Below the pieces are notes generated by a model. It did no database searches, had not been told where the DNA came from, and saw only the letters and a list, made by a program, of their open reading frames with translations. Below, in pieces: positions 63,927 through 64,000 of a stretch of DNA of 64,000 nucleotides (positions are counted from its first letter, which is position 1; each line of letters begins with the position of its first letter). Source of the DNA: Octopus bimaculoides (lineage: Eukaryota); assembly GCF_001194135.2 (NCBI RefSeq), contig NC_068987.1, positions 11,270,643 to 11,334,642 on the forward strand, read 5' to 3'. The translations under genes and the position numbers were made by a program.

Positions 63927-64000
63927 TTCTTATCCTTTTTTGTTGTTGTTGTTGTTGTTGTTCACATTTCTTTGACAATGATAAAAACCCATCAATGCAT

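Noticed and set aside
1-64000. CRISPR arrays, rRNA, snRNA, intact autonomous transposons
   Set aside because: None seen; tandem repeats lack unique spacers and no long intact transposase or RT ORF exists

Overview
AT-rich eukaryotic scaffold segment, dense in (TA)n/(CA)n/(CT)n/(AAT)n microsatellites and broken by many N gaps. The repeat families strongly suggest an octopus genome; this is inferred from recalled repeat sequences, not from a search. No multi-exon protein-coding gene could be identified, and almost all ORF-track entries are microsatellite, SINE or N artefacts. The window looks like large introns or intergenic DNA. It contains tRNA-headed SINEs (three families, called A, B and C here), RTE-tail-type repeats (D), hAT, mariner and piggyBac-type MITEs, a Helentron-like element, and CR1, RTE and endonuclease relics. 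Most worth follow-up: (i) five different degenerate minimal hammerhead-ribozyme motifs of the Penelope type, one attached behind a tRNA-like Pol III head; (ii) a 25-bp stem whose three deviations are all G-U wobbles on the + strand (pre-miRNA candidate) and two unrelated TA-flanked palindromes; (iii) a CpG-rich island at about 19.3-23.4 kb containing a pair of short + strand exons with good splice sites; (iv) a near-perfect inverted repeat pair that could form ADAR-type dsRNA. Coordinates of diverged repeats are approximate (about +/-10-20 bp).
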